Shown here: positions 1 through 10,481 of the stretch, piece by piece | How the letters are laid out: each line of letters begins with the position of its first letter | How positions within the stretch are numbered: position 1 is the stretch's first letter | DNA from: a candidate division FCPU426 bacterium | Lineage (GTDB): Bacteria; Oederibacteriota; Muellerivitia; Muellerivitales; Muellerivitaceae | NCBI GenBank assembly: GCA_963796105.1 | Contig: CAWCKJ010000004.1 | Coordinates: forward strand, 576,001 to 640,000 | DNA length: 64,000 bases | Direction of reading: 5' to 3' | Program-made: the position numbers and the translations under genes | Notes under the pieces: generated by a model | The model's database searches: none | The model's input: only the letters and a program-made list of their open reading frames with translations | Told to the model about the DNA's origin: nothing

Positions 1-3000
1 GAAGTGGAGGAAGCCCCGATACCAATGGGGTGATTTGGTGGAATCATGACCCCTACCGCTGGGGAAATAGGACCGGCCCCCGCGATGTTCTGGGCCTGGG
101 CGTAATAATAAAGGATGCTCCCCGCCGCGGAGGGTCCCAGGGTAACGTCGGTGAAATTGTAACCCGCCTGCCCGGCGCCCAACTGCGTAGCGCCTACCCC
201 GAAGGCGGCGCTGGGACTGCGGTAGAGGTTGTATCCCGTGACGTTGGTCTCGGGGGCGGAAGGCGCGGACCAGGTGAGCGTCACCACATCGGAAGCCGTG
301 GCGGTCACAGCCAGGCCCGTGGGCGCGCTCGGCAGGAGGGACATGGTGACGGGAAGCGACAAGGGCCCTTCCCCGCCGGCGTTGGAAGCCGAGACCTGGA
401 AAACATAGTTCGTCCCAACGGTCAAGCCGGTTGAATCGATGAAGGCGGTGCTCCCGGAGCCTGTTGATCCGACTGAGACGCTGTTCTGGTAAATCGTGTA
501 GCTCGTCACGCCCTGGTTATTGACCGCGCCCCAATTGAGCGTAACGGCGTTCGAGGAGGAAGAGGCTGTCAGGCCCGCAGGCGCGGCTGGCAGGATATAA
601 CCCGTCACCGGCGCGGAGGGGTTGGATAGGAAACCCGCATTGTCGAATGCCCGGACCTGGTAAACGTAATAATGGCCTACCGTGGCGGAAGTGTCATCAT
701 AGGTGACAGGGAGGGCCGCCACTGTGACGAAACTGCCGAAGACCCCGTCGGGGGAAATCTCGACCTGGTATCCGGTGGCGGGCCCGTTCAGCATGAGGGT
801 GGGATCTGGAGAGGACCAATAAAACCCGATGGTGGCGGGACTCACGCTGACGAGCGTCGTGCCGGCGCCCGCGGGAGGATAACCCGGCGGATCGGCTTGG
901 GCCTGGGAGGAAGGCCCGCTCAAGTGGGCGTCGGAAGGGCCCGAGGGATATTGGCTGTCGAGCGAGACCAACTCGTAATAATTCGTGACCGCCGCCGAGG
1001 GCGAGGGGTCGTTATAGGCGGTGGAGGAACCCGCCAAGGTCGCCAGCGTGGAAGCGCCGGACATGGAAGAGTTGATGGACCGCAGGACCTGGATTCCCGT
1101 GACCGCGTAGGAACCCAAAACCGAGGCTGGCGCGCCCCAATTAAGCTGGACGGCGGCTCCGCCGGTGAGAGCCGTGACAGGACCCGGCGCCGCGGGATTG
1201 GCGAAAGCCGTGACGGGCCCAGTGGAAGCGAACGCGGATTCGCCCACCGTGTTATAGGTAAGAATCTGGTAAGTGGTGGGGCTGAGATTAACGGCGTTGG
1301 TGTCGGAAAAATTCGTCGTGACCGCCGGCAGGAGCACGCCATTGGGATAAACCGACCCGTCCGGAAGGGTCACGGAGGCCGCGAAGGCGCCCCCCACCGT
1401 GTTCCGGGTCAAGAGATAACCCTGGGGATTCTCGGTGGTGACCTGGTTCCAGGAAAGGTTGATGACCCCTCCGGTGCTGGTGTAATTGGCGGGGACGGCG
1501 TTGAAAGATCCCGGTACGGGGGGCGCGGCGATGGAATAAACCAGGGCCTTCGAGGAATCCAGGGGAGCGGTATTGCCGTTGTTGTTGAGGGCGCTCACCA
1601 TGCTCATGGGCCAGGAGCCGTCCTGGCCCGCGGCAGTTCCGATCAGGGTGACAGGAAATGCCTGGTTTGTCGTGACTGGTTGGCTCGTCATATTAACGAT
1701 AATGGTCCCTGGCGTGGTTCCTGTGGGGTTGACGACATTGCAGGGGCCAAAGGCGTCTGAAGCCGAGGTAATGCTCCAGTTGGAGACACCCGAGCTGTTG
1801 GCGGGTATCAGGAAGACGACTTGCGTTATGGGGCTGTTGAACTGGTTGAGGAAGGTGTCCACCAGGGTCACGGCTCCTCCGTCCAAAACCGTGCTGGGAA
1901 AGGCCGCCGCACCGGGAAGGTTCAGGACTGACCGCACGGGCTGGACATTGGAGGAGGAATAGGGGACATTTATGTAAGATAAGCCATAACCACCCGGGGA
2001 CCATAGCAGATTGACTGTGTTGCCGGCGGGAGCGCTGGTCCAAGATCTCAATATGATCTGTCCGTTGGTCATGAAGGGCTGGGGTGCCGCGCCTGTTACC
2101 GAGTCAACACTATCTTCAAGTGTCGGTTTATTTTGACCAACGTCAGTATCGGAACCTCGATAAACAGTGTCATAAGTCAAATCGGGATTATTATAGTCTG
2201 TCAAAGGCCCGCTGGGCGCCTTGCCGTAATCCATGATCACTTCATAAGACACGGGCGCTGTTGTTAAGTCGGTTTTGTAGAAATATAAATTGAACGATAC
2301 CCCCGCGCCCCCCGCGGCGTATCCGCTGTTCACGCCTGTCACGGCGAAACAAACCGCGTTGGTGACTGGGTCGGTATTGACGTTGGTGACCGTGACAACA
2401 AGGCTTGATGTTGTATTAGTCGTCGGCAAGGTAAGTAATAGATCGGTGGATACCGGCGTGGATAAGGGCGAATAAACAGCCGCGACATTGCTGTTGCTGA
2501 GGGTTTGTAGATAATAAGGTTGGTAAAATCCTCTTACCATATACCCGGGCCCGGTGGTAACGCCGATGGACCCTGGAAAGGTGTTTCCCGAGGTAATATT
2601 GGGCCCTGAGATGCTCATCTGCATGGAATTGGAGCCGGCCGTCAAGGTCACGCTGAAATTCAAAATCCCATTGACGAAGGTCAAGGCCGCCGTGCCGCTG
2701 GTGACGGGGGACCCGCTGGCCGGGACAAAGACCGCCGATGGATCGGCCGGCAGGCCGGTGCCGGTGTCGTAGAGCCCGACCGTAACCGTGTCCGTCACGG
2801 CGGCGTCCAAGGTGCCAGGCGTGCTTTGGGCTTGGACGTTGAAGGTCAGAACGTTTCCAGCGCCGCTTCCCGCGCTGGTGCTATAGGTCACACCGGCGTA
2901 AGGGGAAGTGGAGCCCACATAAGTAACGGAGTAACCGGCGGAATAAGCGGTGCCGGGGAAAAGAAGAAGGCTGATCAGGGAAAAAGAGAGAAATACATAA

Positions 3001-3053
3001 GCGAAAACAAACCAGCGGTTTTTCAGGGAAATTTTCGTTTGGGTATTTTCCAT
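1..3053 (-). CDS. Large secreted protein with multiple fibronectin type III domains (partial; 3' end runs off the window)
   Basis: Not in the ORF track. Manual translation from ATG at 3053 gives MENTQTKISLKNRWFVFAYVFLSFSLISLLLFPGTAYSA (signal peptide), open to position 1, with repeated Fn3 signatures (PAAPAGLTA..VTLNW..SYTIYQN..YVFQVSASNAGGEG; YYVYQVRAFDNAG). Confidence 0.85.
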   Translation of the reverse strand, partial: MENTQTKISLKNRWFVFAYVFLSFSLISLLLFPGTAYSAGYSVTYVGSTSPYAGVTYSTSAGSGAGNVLTFNVQAQSTPGTLDAAVTDTVTVGLYDTGTGLPADPSAVFVPASGSPVTSGTAALTFVNGILNFSVTLTAGSNSMQMSISGPNITSGNTFPGSIGVTTGPGYMVRGFYQPYYLQTLSNSNVAAVYSPLSTPVSTDLLLTLPTTNTTSSLVVTVTNVNTDPVTNAVCFAVTGVNSGYAAGGAGVSFNLYFYKTDLTTAPVSYEVIMDYGKAPSGPLTDYNNPDLTYDTVYRGSDTDVGQNKPTLEDSVDSVTGAAPQPFMTNGQIILRSWTSAPAGNTVNLLWSPGGYGLSYINVPYSSSNVQPVRSVLNLPGAAAFPSTVLDGGAVTLVDTFLNQFNSPITQVVFLIPANSSGVSNWSITSASDAFGPCNVVNPTGTTPGTIIVNMTSQPVTTNQAFPVTLIGTAAGQDGSWPMSMVSALNNNGNTAPLDSSKALVYSIAAPPVPGSFNAVPANYTSTGGVINLSWNQVTTENPQGYLLTRNTVGGAFAASVTLPDGSVYPNGVLLPAVTTNFSDTNAVNLSPTTYQILTYNTVGESAFASTGPVTAFANPAAPGPVTALTGGAAVQLNWGAPASVLGSYAVTGIQVLRSINSSMSGASTLATLAGSSTAYNDPSPSAAVTNYYELVSLDSQYPSGPSDAHLSGPSSQAQADPPGYPPAGAGTTLVSVSPATIGFYWSSPDPTLMLNGPATGYQVEISPDGVFGSFVTVAALPVTYDDTSATVGHYYVYQVRAFDNAGFLSNPSAPVTGYILPAAPAGLTASSSSNAVTLNWGAVNNQGVTSYTIYQNSVSVGSTGSGSTAFIDSTGLTVGTNYVFQVSASNAGGEGPLSLPVTMSLLPSAPTGLAVTATASDVVTLTWSAPSAPETNVTGYNLYRSPSAAFGVGATQLGAGQAGYNFTDVTLGPSAAGSILYYYAQAQNIAGAGPISPAVGVMIPPNHPIGIGASST

Positions 3054-3176
3054 TTATTTAATCTCAAGGATAAACCTATTTTAAGGGCTAATCAAGAAAG
3101 CCGTTTTAGCTTTAAATCTAGAACCTAACTCAAAATCAATTTTTCTTATTCTGCGAACCACGAACAATATGGAGTC

Positions 3177-3385
3177 TCCCCCTCTGAAAGAGGGGGAACA
3201 AGGGGGAGTTAGTCTATTTTTGATGCTTTGCCAAAGGCGAATACCCCCCTATCCAACAGCGCTCATAGGGAAAACCCCCTATGTACAACGAACTCATAGG
3301 GAAGAGCCACTATGTACCCCTGAAACCGAAATGCCCACAAACCGAACTGCCCCTTTTTCAAACGGGGAAATAGCTTTCTAAAGCA
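3177..3385 (+). repeat. Palindromic intergenic (REP-like) element, copy 1
   Basis: CCCCCTCTGAAAGAGGGGG ... CATAGGGAAAACCCCCTATG ... CCCCTTTTTCAAACGGGGAAATAG; matches the reverse complement of 28312-28470. Confidence 0.8.
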
Positions 3386-3425
3386 TGCCTTTCGAAATTT
3401 TCCAAAGTTGAGTTCTATTTTTTTC

Positions 3426-4586
3426 TTACCACGTATCCCGGACATTACTGATGATGGATTGGTCGTTCCAGACCGGGAGGGGGGTGGATCCCTGGGCTGC
3501 CAATAGGGAGCGGATCAACACCTGCATCCCCGCCCCGGCTCCCGAGATCCCCACCTCAAAGCCGCCCGGGAAATTGCCGTTGGCCGCGGCGAATTTGGGA
3601 ACCGTGGCCGGTGCCCCGTTCCAGTTCGCGCTGTTGGGGCTGATGCCGTACCGGAAACCGGAGCTTAAGATCCCGGAGGAAACCTTGGTCAAGCAAGTCA
3701 CGGCGCCTTCCGGAATGCTGTTCATGGTTTGTACGTAAGTGGCTACGCCGGAAGTGCTTAATGTATAAAAAGCCGCGGCGGTGGTGGTGGCGTTCGAGTT
3801 GGGGTTCTGCTGGGTGGGGTCCCAGGCGTTGGTGATGGCGTAAGTGGTGTCCTTGAACATGGGATTTATATTGCTGGTGACATTTCCCGGCGTGGCCAGC
3901 CATTTGATGACCGCGGGTTTTAACTTGCCATCGGAAATATCACTAATCTCATTGAAATCGGCGAATTGGATGCTCTGCCATTCCACGAGCCGGTAGGAGG
4001 AAGTGTTCCTCAAGGGCCTGGGATTCTTGGTCGTTAGGTAATAGTAATAGAAACGGTACAGGTCGATGACCACGGTCGCCGGCGTGTTGTTCGTACTGTA
4101 AGTGACGCCGGTGCCGTAAATTGTGACCGACCCCGGATAAACTTTAGTGCCGATGGTCTGGGCGCTGTCGTAAACCCCCATCAAGACGCTGTTCCCGAAG
4201 TTGGCCGCGACCGCCGTGACAGGGGAGAAAGACCCGGTGCCGGTGACGGGCTGGGTCACTCCCAGCAGGCTCCCAGCCATGATGGGATATTGGGATTTAG
4301 TGGTGGCCGACATGCCGGTGGTAACGGGGCCCAAGAAGGATACGCCCGAGGCATTTTGCTGGAACAGGTGCCGGCTGGCGACGAACCTCTCGTGCAAGCG
4401 GAGCATCGTCCACTCATTCAGGGCCTGAAGCTGGAGGCGCATTTCGTCGGCGGCCATTCCCTGGGTGACCCTGGTGAAGAGAAGGGTGATGGCGGGCGTG
4501 ATGATGGCGATCAGGGCCACCACCAACATGAGTTCGACGAGCGTCACCCCTTTTTCCCCCATCGGACGGGTTCTCATCGTTTTCAT
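3426..4586 (-). CDS. Prepilin-type N-terminal cleavage/methylation protein (PilW/GspJ-like minor pilin)
   Basis: KG|VTLVELMLVVALIAII class III signal peptide; last gene of a co-oriented pilin-like cluster. Confidence 0.85.
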   Translation of the reverse strand: MKTMRTRPMGEKGVTLVELMLVVALIAIITPAITLLFTRVTQGMAADEMRLQLQALNEWTMLRLHERFVASRHLFQQNASGVSFLGPVTTGMSATTKSQYPIMAGSLLGVTQPVTGTGSFSPVTAVAANFGNSVLMGVYDSAQTIGTKVYPGSVTIYGTGVTYSTNNTPATVVIDLYRFYYYYLTTKNPRPLRNTSSYRLVEWQSIQFADFNEISDISDGKLKPAVIKWLATPGNVTSNINPMFKDTTYAITNAWDPTQQNPNSNATTTAAAFYTLSTSGVATYVQTMNSIPEGAVTCLTKVSSGILSSGFRYGISPNSANWNGAPATVPKFAAANGNFPGGFEVGISGAGAGMQVLIRSLLAAQGSTPLPVWNDQSIISNVRDTW

Positions 4587-4593
4587 GTCGCGC

Positions 4594-7500
4594 CTATCGG
4601 TTAATGGAGATGATGATCTGGTGGTAGCTGTAATTGAGGGGAAATCCCTCCCGGTAGGCCTCCACCATGAGGGTGTAATCCCCTTGGGGGAATGTTCCCG
4701 AAGGGACGGGCCAGGCGAAAGTCACTGGAAAAGCATGGGCTGAGACAAGGTGGCCCGAGGAGGTATCCAAGGCCCCTTGGATTGCTTTCGCGTTGTCCTG
4801 CATGAAGTACCAGTTGACCCCCGCGTTATTCGAATAAGCGAAATTCAGGTCCAGGGTGACGGGGTTTCCACCGCTGGTTTCGCTATAGGTGCTGTTGCTC
4901 AGGTTGGGATAGCCCGGATACTCTTCCGTGTAAAAATTGGCGGTGTTGGAGGTCAATCCGGGAAAGCGGAACCAGATGTTGTTGGTGGGCCCCGCTATGA
5001 TATTGAGTCCCGAGATCGTGACGGGATTGCCCGTGGTGACGGCCCCGTCCACGACCAGGTTGATCGTGGCGGGCTGGTTATACTGGAAGTTGGGGCTGTC
5101 GCAGTAAAGCTCCACCAACGGCATCTGGGCGATATGCGCGTTCCCGGTATAGGTTCCGCCGTCCAGGTATGTCCTTAACATGAAAACCAGGGCGGTCTTG
5201 CCCAACTCGGCCGTGCCGACGTCGGGGGAAATGGCCAGGCCGGATTCCACCACGTAAGCCACCTGGTTGTTGCTGGTAAGTTGGACCACGCCAGTACCGT
5301 TGTAGGTGGCGGAGCTCGTGTCATCGTAAAACAACCTGCTTACCGAGTCGGAGCTCACTTTGGGAATGGAAAGAGTGGTATGGGTGCTGTAAGGCGCGAT
5401 GCTCCACTCGCTGGTAGTCTGGGCTGTGCCGAGCGCCCAGGACCTGGTACAGCTGACCGATTGGGCCAGGGGATACTCGAACAGGGGATAACAGGTGACA
5501 CCTAAGCTTAAAAGAGTGGCGGAATCGGCGTTGGTCTGGTGGTTGAAGGAGCCGTCAAAAAAGGAGGTACAGCCGTAGGTATAAGCCCTGCTGGTTAAAT
5601 TCCGTCCGAAGCCGTTAAGGGAGTTCGTATTGCCGCTCGCGTCCTTCACGGGAACCGAGCTATAAAGCTTGCGGTAAAAAGTGGAAGTGGAGGCTGTGGC
5701 GTTGGCCACGGGAAGATTGCCATTGGTGGACCAGACCGAGTACATACTGTCGGGATAAAGCTCCCCCAGCCAGGATTTCTCATACCAGGTATCTTTCGTG
5801 TTGGAAATCACGCGCATATTGGTAAGCGTGGAATTGTAATTGATGATTTCAGCGACAGTAGAGAGGGCAGTTTGCGATGTGGTGTTGTAAGGGGTAGTGT
5901 TCATGGTGATGCCGGATGAGAACGGCATTTGGTCCGCCCCGAACTCCCCGCCAAAGCCGTAATAGTAGTAGCTGTACCCGTTCATGGTGGTCCAGATCGC
6001 GGTGGTGTTCAATAGCCCCTGGCGGACCATTTGATAAAAGCGCGGGAGATCCACGAAATTGGCGTCGCCTGGCGCGGCCCCTCCCGAGGAGGCGGCTCCC
6101 TCCCAGCCGATAATGTCGCCCGCCGCGCCGTAACCCGTGTATCCGTCATTGTTCAGGCCGACATGGGTACCACCGGCGTTGCCGTCCTTGAAATACCAGT
6201 TATAGGCGCTTGCCGGCATTTGGGCCGTTCCTCCGGTAAGCCCCCCGACCTTGCAGTCCAGGTAGGGCTCATGGCGGGGATCACCCAGGAACTGGTAACG
6301 CTCGGTATAGGGAGGAGGATAGCCGTTGCCCACCCAAACGTAGGTCCGGGAAAGGTTGGGAAAGCTGGAGGCTGTGACCGCGTTGCCGATCCGGGTCTCG
6401 ATGACGTGCTGGCCGACGAATTGGGTGGCCACCTGGCCGTAAATGCCGCTGGCGAGGGTGCCGTCGGTGGCGGGGGCGGTATAGGTGGAGGTTACGGGCA
6501 TATTCAGGGAGATGATCCACCGGGCTGTGTTCTTGGCGGCGGTGGCATTGGAATAGGTCAGGTCTTGCGCCGTGAATTGCGTGGTGGCATTGATGGCTGT
6601 CATTTCGGGACTGCAAGGGATGTACTCGGTCCCATATAAGTAGGTCGCGGCGGGAAGCCCGGTGTTATGCAAGCCAGGTGGACAGCGCAAGCGGGTGTTG
6701 TAGAGGGTGATGAGGGTCTGGGTCACGCCCGCGGTGGGGACCGGATTCTGGAGGCACCAGGAAACCGCGTTGCCCGCGTCGGTGTTGGTGACGGTTCCCC
6801 CGACCGGAGTGCCGGCGGAAGCATTCATGGGGCAGTAAACGTAGGTGGAGGCGCTGGAGCCGATGATGGCCGTCGCAGTTACGTCCGTGCTGGCGAGGGC
6901 CACATCCGGCAGGAACAGGCTGATGGCGGGGACTTCGGAGCCCTCCGCCGGCAGGGTTCCTCCCGGCGGGGGATTATCCAACCCATCGTAATAGGCATAG
7001 ACCCTCAATTTCACCTGCGTTGTAGTGCTTCCGGTAGGGTAGTAAAGCAGCTCCGGATGGGTCACCACGCGCTCATACGGGGTGGTTCCAGGAATCTTGG
7101 CGGCGTCCGAGTAATTGCGCATGGGCGGGAGGGGCAGCAGTTCCCCATGCAGGTTGACGATGAGGGCGTTCTCGAAAGACGCAGGCTGGGAAAGCATTCC
7201 CTCGATCAACATGCGCTCGCTGATCTCCGTGACCGAGTCCGCGGCGGGAATGACCTGGCTGGAATTGGCGGCCGCCTGGGTGACGGCTTGGTACATGAGC
7301 AGTTCATCGGGATATCGCAGGGAATTATTGTCCTTGTCCGCCGCTGGATAAACGGGACAGCCGCTGAACTGGCCGCTAGTGTAGTAAGCAGCCCCGTCCA
7401 CGTTGAAATTCCCGGTCACCTGCACACCCACGGAAGATGGGTCGAAAAATTGGTTAAGGGAACCGTTATCCGGCGCCACATTGTCCTCATGGGTGGTGCC

Positions 7501-8280
7501 TGGGTAAAAATAAACATAGGGAAGAACCCCGCCGGAGGTCGCTGCTAGATCCGTGGAAAGAGCGTTGTTGATGTAAGGAACATACTGGGTATCCCTCCCG
7601 TAGGAGGACCGGGTGATGAAATGCGGGCGGATCTGGAGGCCGGGGTTCCTTCCCTGCATGTCCGAAATGATGTTCTGGAAGGTCTTGTAGAGGATAGGCT
7701 CCTGGGTCCACCAGGCCGGGATATTGTTGATGCCCAGCACGTAGATATCAAAGACCTGGGTCGGGGGTACCAGGGAGGAGATGGTCCTCAACTGTCCTCC
7801 CACCTGCGCCAGCATTTCCCCGGGATCGTTGGGGTCCCGGTCCGAGGCGTAACGCCAGAGCGTCACGAAAACCTGGCGGGTATAGGAGTCGTTGGCCACG
7901 TGGTTGACCTCCACCTGGCGCATATAACGCCAATGGCCGTTGCTTTTGAAATTGCCGCTCAGGGAATCCCCCGGGTTGGGAACGAGGGGGGCCTTCACAT
8001 CCACGTTCTTGTCGGTGGTAAGGACGAAGTTGTACAACGACCCGTCGGTGTAATTGTCGAGGATTGAGATGCCGGTTTCCTTGCCGCTGACCAGGGACTT
8101 GAGTTCCTCGAACATCTGGATGGCTTTTTGGGTAGCGAAGGCGCGGTCGATAGTCCGAACCGTCTGCTTGGCCACGAAGGAGCGGGCCAGGATGACGGAG
8201 GAGGCCAAAGCCGCCAAGATAGCGGAGGCAATCATTAATTCAACCAGGGAGAAACCTTTTTGGTTAAGTTTCGCTCTCAT
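4594..8280 (-). CDS. Very large prepilin-type protein (PilV/GspI-like N-terminus plus ~1000-aa extracellular region)
   Basis: KG|FSLVELMIASAILAALA followed by the PilV-like AFATQKAIQMFEELKS segment; start taken at MRAKLNQKG. Confidence 0.85.
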   Translation of the reverse strand: MRAKLNQKGFSLVELMIASAILAALASSVILARSFVAKQTVRTIDRAFATQKAIQMFEELKSLVSGKETGISILDNYTDGSLYNFVLTTDKNVDVKAPLVPNPGDSLSGNFKSNGHWRYMRQVEVNHVANDSYTRQVFVTLWRYASDRDPNDPGEMLAQVGGQLRTISSLVPPTQVFDIYVLGINNIPAWWTQEPILYKTFQNIISDMQGRNPGLQIRPHFITRSSYGRDTQYVPYINNALSTDLAATSGGVLPYVYFYPGTTHEDNVAPDNGSLNQFFDPSSVGVQVTGNFNVDGAAYYTSGQFSGCPVYPAADKDNNSLRYPDELLMYQAVTQAAANSSQVIPAADSVTEISERMLIEGMLSQPASFENALIVNLHGELLPLPPMRNYSDAAKIPGTTPYERVVTHPELLYYPTGSTTTQVKLRVYAYYDGLDNPPPGGTLPAEGSEVPAISLFLPDVALASTDVTATAIIGSSASTYVYCPMNASAGTPVGGTVTNTDAGNAVSWCLQNPVPTAGVTQTLITLYNTRLRCPPGLHNTGLPAATYLYGTEYIPCSPEMTAINATTQFTAQDLTYSNATAAKNTARWIISLNMPVTSTYTAPATDGTLASGIYGQVATQFVGQHVIETRIGNAVTASSFPNLSRTYVWVGNGYPPPYTERYQFLGDPRHEPYLDCKVGGLTGGTAQMPASAYNWYFKDGNAGGTHVGLNNDGYTGYGAAGDIIGWEGAASSGGAAPGDANFVDLPRFYQMVRQGLLNTTAIWTTMNGYSYYYYGFGGEFGADQMPFSSGITMNTTPYNTTSQTALSTVAEIINYNSTLTNMRVISNTKDTWYEKSWLGELYPDSMYSVWSTNGNLPVANATASTSTFYRKLYSSVPVKDASGNTNSLNGFGRNLTSRAYTYGCTSFFDGSFNHQTNADSATLLSLGVTCYPLFEYPLAQSVSCTRSWALGTAQTTSEWSIAPYSTHTTLSIPKVSSDSVSRLFYDDTSSATYNGTGVVQLTSNNQVAYVVESGLAISPDVGTAELGKTALVFMLRTYLDGGTYTGNAHIAQMPLVELYCDSPNFQYNQPATINLVVDGAVTTGNPVTISGLNIIAGPTNNIWFRFPGLTSNTANFYTEEYPGYPNLSNSTYSETSGGNPVTLDLNFAYSNNAGVNWYFMQDNAKAIQGALDTSSGHLVSAHAFPVTFAWPVPSGTFPQGDYTLMVEAYREGFPLNYSYHQIIISINR

Positions 8281-8306
8281 TTGTTTTTCCCCCAATCATC
8301 CCCCAT

Positions 8307-10451
8307 TTACAAATTGGGGATGGCCAGCAGGTTCTTCCTCTGGCTGATGTCTTCGTGGTATATCCCCACGATTTTCTGGGCTTGCGCGACCAGGCTCGGG
8401 CTGTAATAAATGGACCCGTAGTTGCCGTTGCTTCCACTGAGATTGACCGAACCTGGCGCGGCGGCCCGGCCATCCCCGGTATAGTAAGGCTGTCCCATGA
8501 TAACCGCGCCGTCGATCTCGCATCCGGCTCCCACCGTCAGGTTGCCCGTCACGAAAAGGACGCCCCCCCAATGGCTGGGAAGGATGCTGTTATTCCCGGC
8601 CTGAAGGACCAAATCGCCGTTGACCACCAACACCCCATAAGCCCCGGTCCTCACCGTACTGTCGCTTCTCCCGAGCTGGTCGTAGGGGGAGGCGTTTCCC
8701 GGCCCGTAGGTGACGCTTCCATCAAAATAGGAAAGCTTCCAGTTGCTCGTGATGATCATGGTCGCGGAGGGGTCACCCACGTAATCCGCCATGTTCTTGA
8801 CGTCCCCCAGGGACATGCCGAAAACGCTCGAGTCGGTCAGGGTGTTGTCCCCTGTCGAATAACAAATAACATTTCCCTGGAGATTGACCCCGGTAGTGGC
8901 CCCAACCGGGAGATTGCATTGGAGCGTGGGAGTCGCGGTGGGCGGGGCGGGAGTATTGGTGATGGTCGGGGTATTCGTGATGGTGGGAGTGAGGGTGGGA
9001 GTCGAAGTGATCGTGGGAGTCCAGGTTTCAGTAGGAGTATTAGTGGCCCCTGAGCCGCCGGTGGACGTCGGGGACGGTGTTGGGGTGCTGGTATACCCGT
9101 GTAGATTCGTGGCGGTGGGTGTGGGCGATATGGTTTTAGTCGGAGTCCACGTCACTGTCGGTGTGGCCGTGGGGCTCTGCGGACATGGCACGTTGATGGG
9201 AAAATCCGCCTCCAAGGTGCAGTGGGAATCGTCGCAGTAGGGTGAATTATTAGTGTTGTTGTCGCAATAATTCTTCGCCAAGACCACGATAGTTGCCGCT
9301 CCGGCGGGAACCAAAAGAGAATTGGTCACGTTAAAGGTTCCGCTTCCGGGCTGTGACCAGTAATTATTGAATCGATTAAAGCCATTGCAGGTTTCGCCAA
9401 ACCCGTTCCCATACCAAGTGATACTGTTGCCGTTGATGTCTTGAAAACCCACCACATAATAAACCCCCAGCCCATACCCGCAGGAATTCGCCAAGTTCGT
9501 GAAGGTAATGGGTATGTTCAAGGCGATACCAGCCGGGCCGCAAAGAGTGGTCGGTACGCTGATATACAAACCCGTACAGCCGGTGTCCCAGGTCGGGGTG
9601 ACGGTGGTAGTATTTGTTGGAGTAAATGTTTGGGTATAGGTATAGGTGTTAGTAAAAGTATCGGTAATGGTTTTGGTGGGGGTTTGAGTCGGGGTGTTGG
9701 TCGCGCAGGTGGCTCCGGTATTCACCACGAAACTATCCACCAAAGAGTATCCCGTAACACCTGCTTGGTGGGAACAGGCAAGGATTCCAACCAAGAAAGA
9801 GGAGCCGAATACGATGGTCTGTTGGGTCATTTGGTTCCAAATCGTGTCGTCGGTGGAGTAGTAGCTGGTCAGGGTATTCCCTGCTTTTGTGATCCTGACA
9901 TAACCGTTGGACCCGTTGGTAAAAGTACCGAAAGGGGAGGCATAGGCCGCGTTCGCCCCGATGGTGGCCCTATACCCCGATTCATAATTGTTGGATTTCG
10001 TCGCGTCCGCTGAGAAGAAAAGGTCGTTGTCCGCCGTGGAAGCCCTGACCATGAGCCCCGCTTTCGACGCGTTGTTATTCGTCGGAACCTTATTGACCGT
10101 CAGCCTCACGTCAAAGTCACAGCTGGTGGTCTGATAGATGAACCTGAAGTCATCAGCCGCGTTATAAATATCGGTTCCGCTCGCAACAATGGAAAGTGCC
10201 CCGCCGTTAATGGCCTGGCTTCCACCAGGGTTTGTCGCGTCGCCGATGTCGATCGCGGTCCAAACCGCATTTAATCCAGGCCCGGGAAAATTATCCGCAG
10301 TCAGGTTAGCAAAAGCGTTTTGAGTAGTGGTTAGAACCAGCAAAAAACCCAGCATCCCCCCGACACACCTTAGGCTGGCAATAGGTCGGGAGACCCTGAT
10401 TTGTTGGTTAAAATTTCGTTTCATTAATTTCAAATTGTTCGTCCGTTTCAT
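8307..10451 (-). CDS. Secreted protein: ConA/LamG-like beta-sandwich, Cys-rich domain, Thr/Pro linker and PilX-like C-terminal beta-helix
   Basis: RBS AAGGAGG; signal peptide ending NAFA; GTDIYNAADDFRFIYQ..KAGLMVRAS..YVRITKAGNTLTSYYSTD motifs; TP linker; GVLVVNGDL..GGVLFVTGNLTV at the C-terminus. Confidence 0.75.
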   Translation of the reverse strand: MKRTNNLKLMKRNFNQQIRVSRPIASLRCVGGMLGFLLVLTTTQNAFANLTADNFPGPGLNAVWTAIDIGDATNPGGSQAINGGALSIVASGTDIYNAADDFRFIYQTTSCDFDVRLTVNKVPTNNNASKAGLMVRASTADNDLFFSADATKSNNYESGYRATIGANAAYASPFGTFTNGSNGYVRITKAGNTLTSYYSTDDTIWNQMTQQTIVFGSSFLVGILACSHQAGVTGYSLVDSFVVNTGATCATNTPTQTPTKTITDTFTNTYTYTQTFTPTNTTTVTPTWDTGCTGLYISVPTTLCGPAGIALNIPITFTNLANSCGYGLGVYYVVGFQDINGNSITWYGNGFGETCNGFNRFNNYWSQPGSGTFNVTNSLLVPAGAATIVVLAKNYCDNNTNNSPYCDDSHCTLEADFPINVPCPQSPTATPTVTWTPTKTISPTPTATNLHGYTSTPTPSPTSTGGSGATNTPTETWTPTITSTPTLTPTITNTPTITNTPAPPTATPTLQCNLPVGATTGVNLQGNVICYSTGDNTLTDSSVFGMSLGDVKNMADYVGDPSATMIITSNWKLSYFDGSVTYGPGNASPYDQLGRSDSTVRTGAYGVLVVNGDLVLQAGNNSILPSHWGGVLFVTGNLTVGAGCEIDGAVIMGQPYYTGDGRAAAPGSVNLSGSNGNYGSIYYSPSLVAQAQKIVGIYHEDISQRKNLLAIPNL

Positions 10452-10481
10452 TTTCCCTCCTTTTGTTTCAAGGAGACTTAT

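Noticed and set aside
30..2772. Plus-strand ORFs from the track
   Set aside because: Shadows of the minus-strand Fn3 gene that runs off the window edge.
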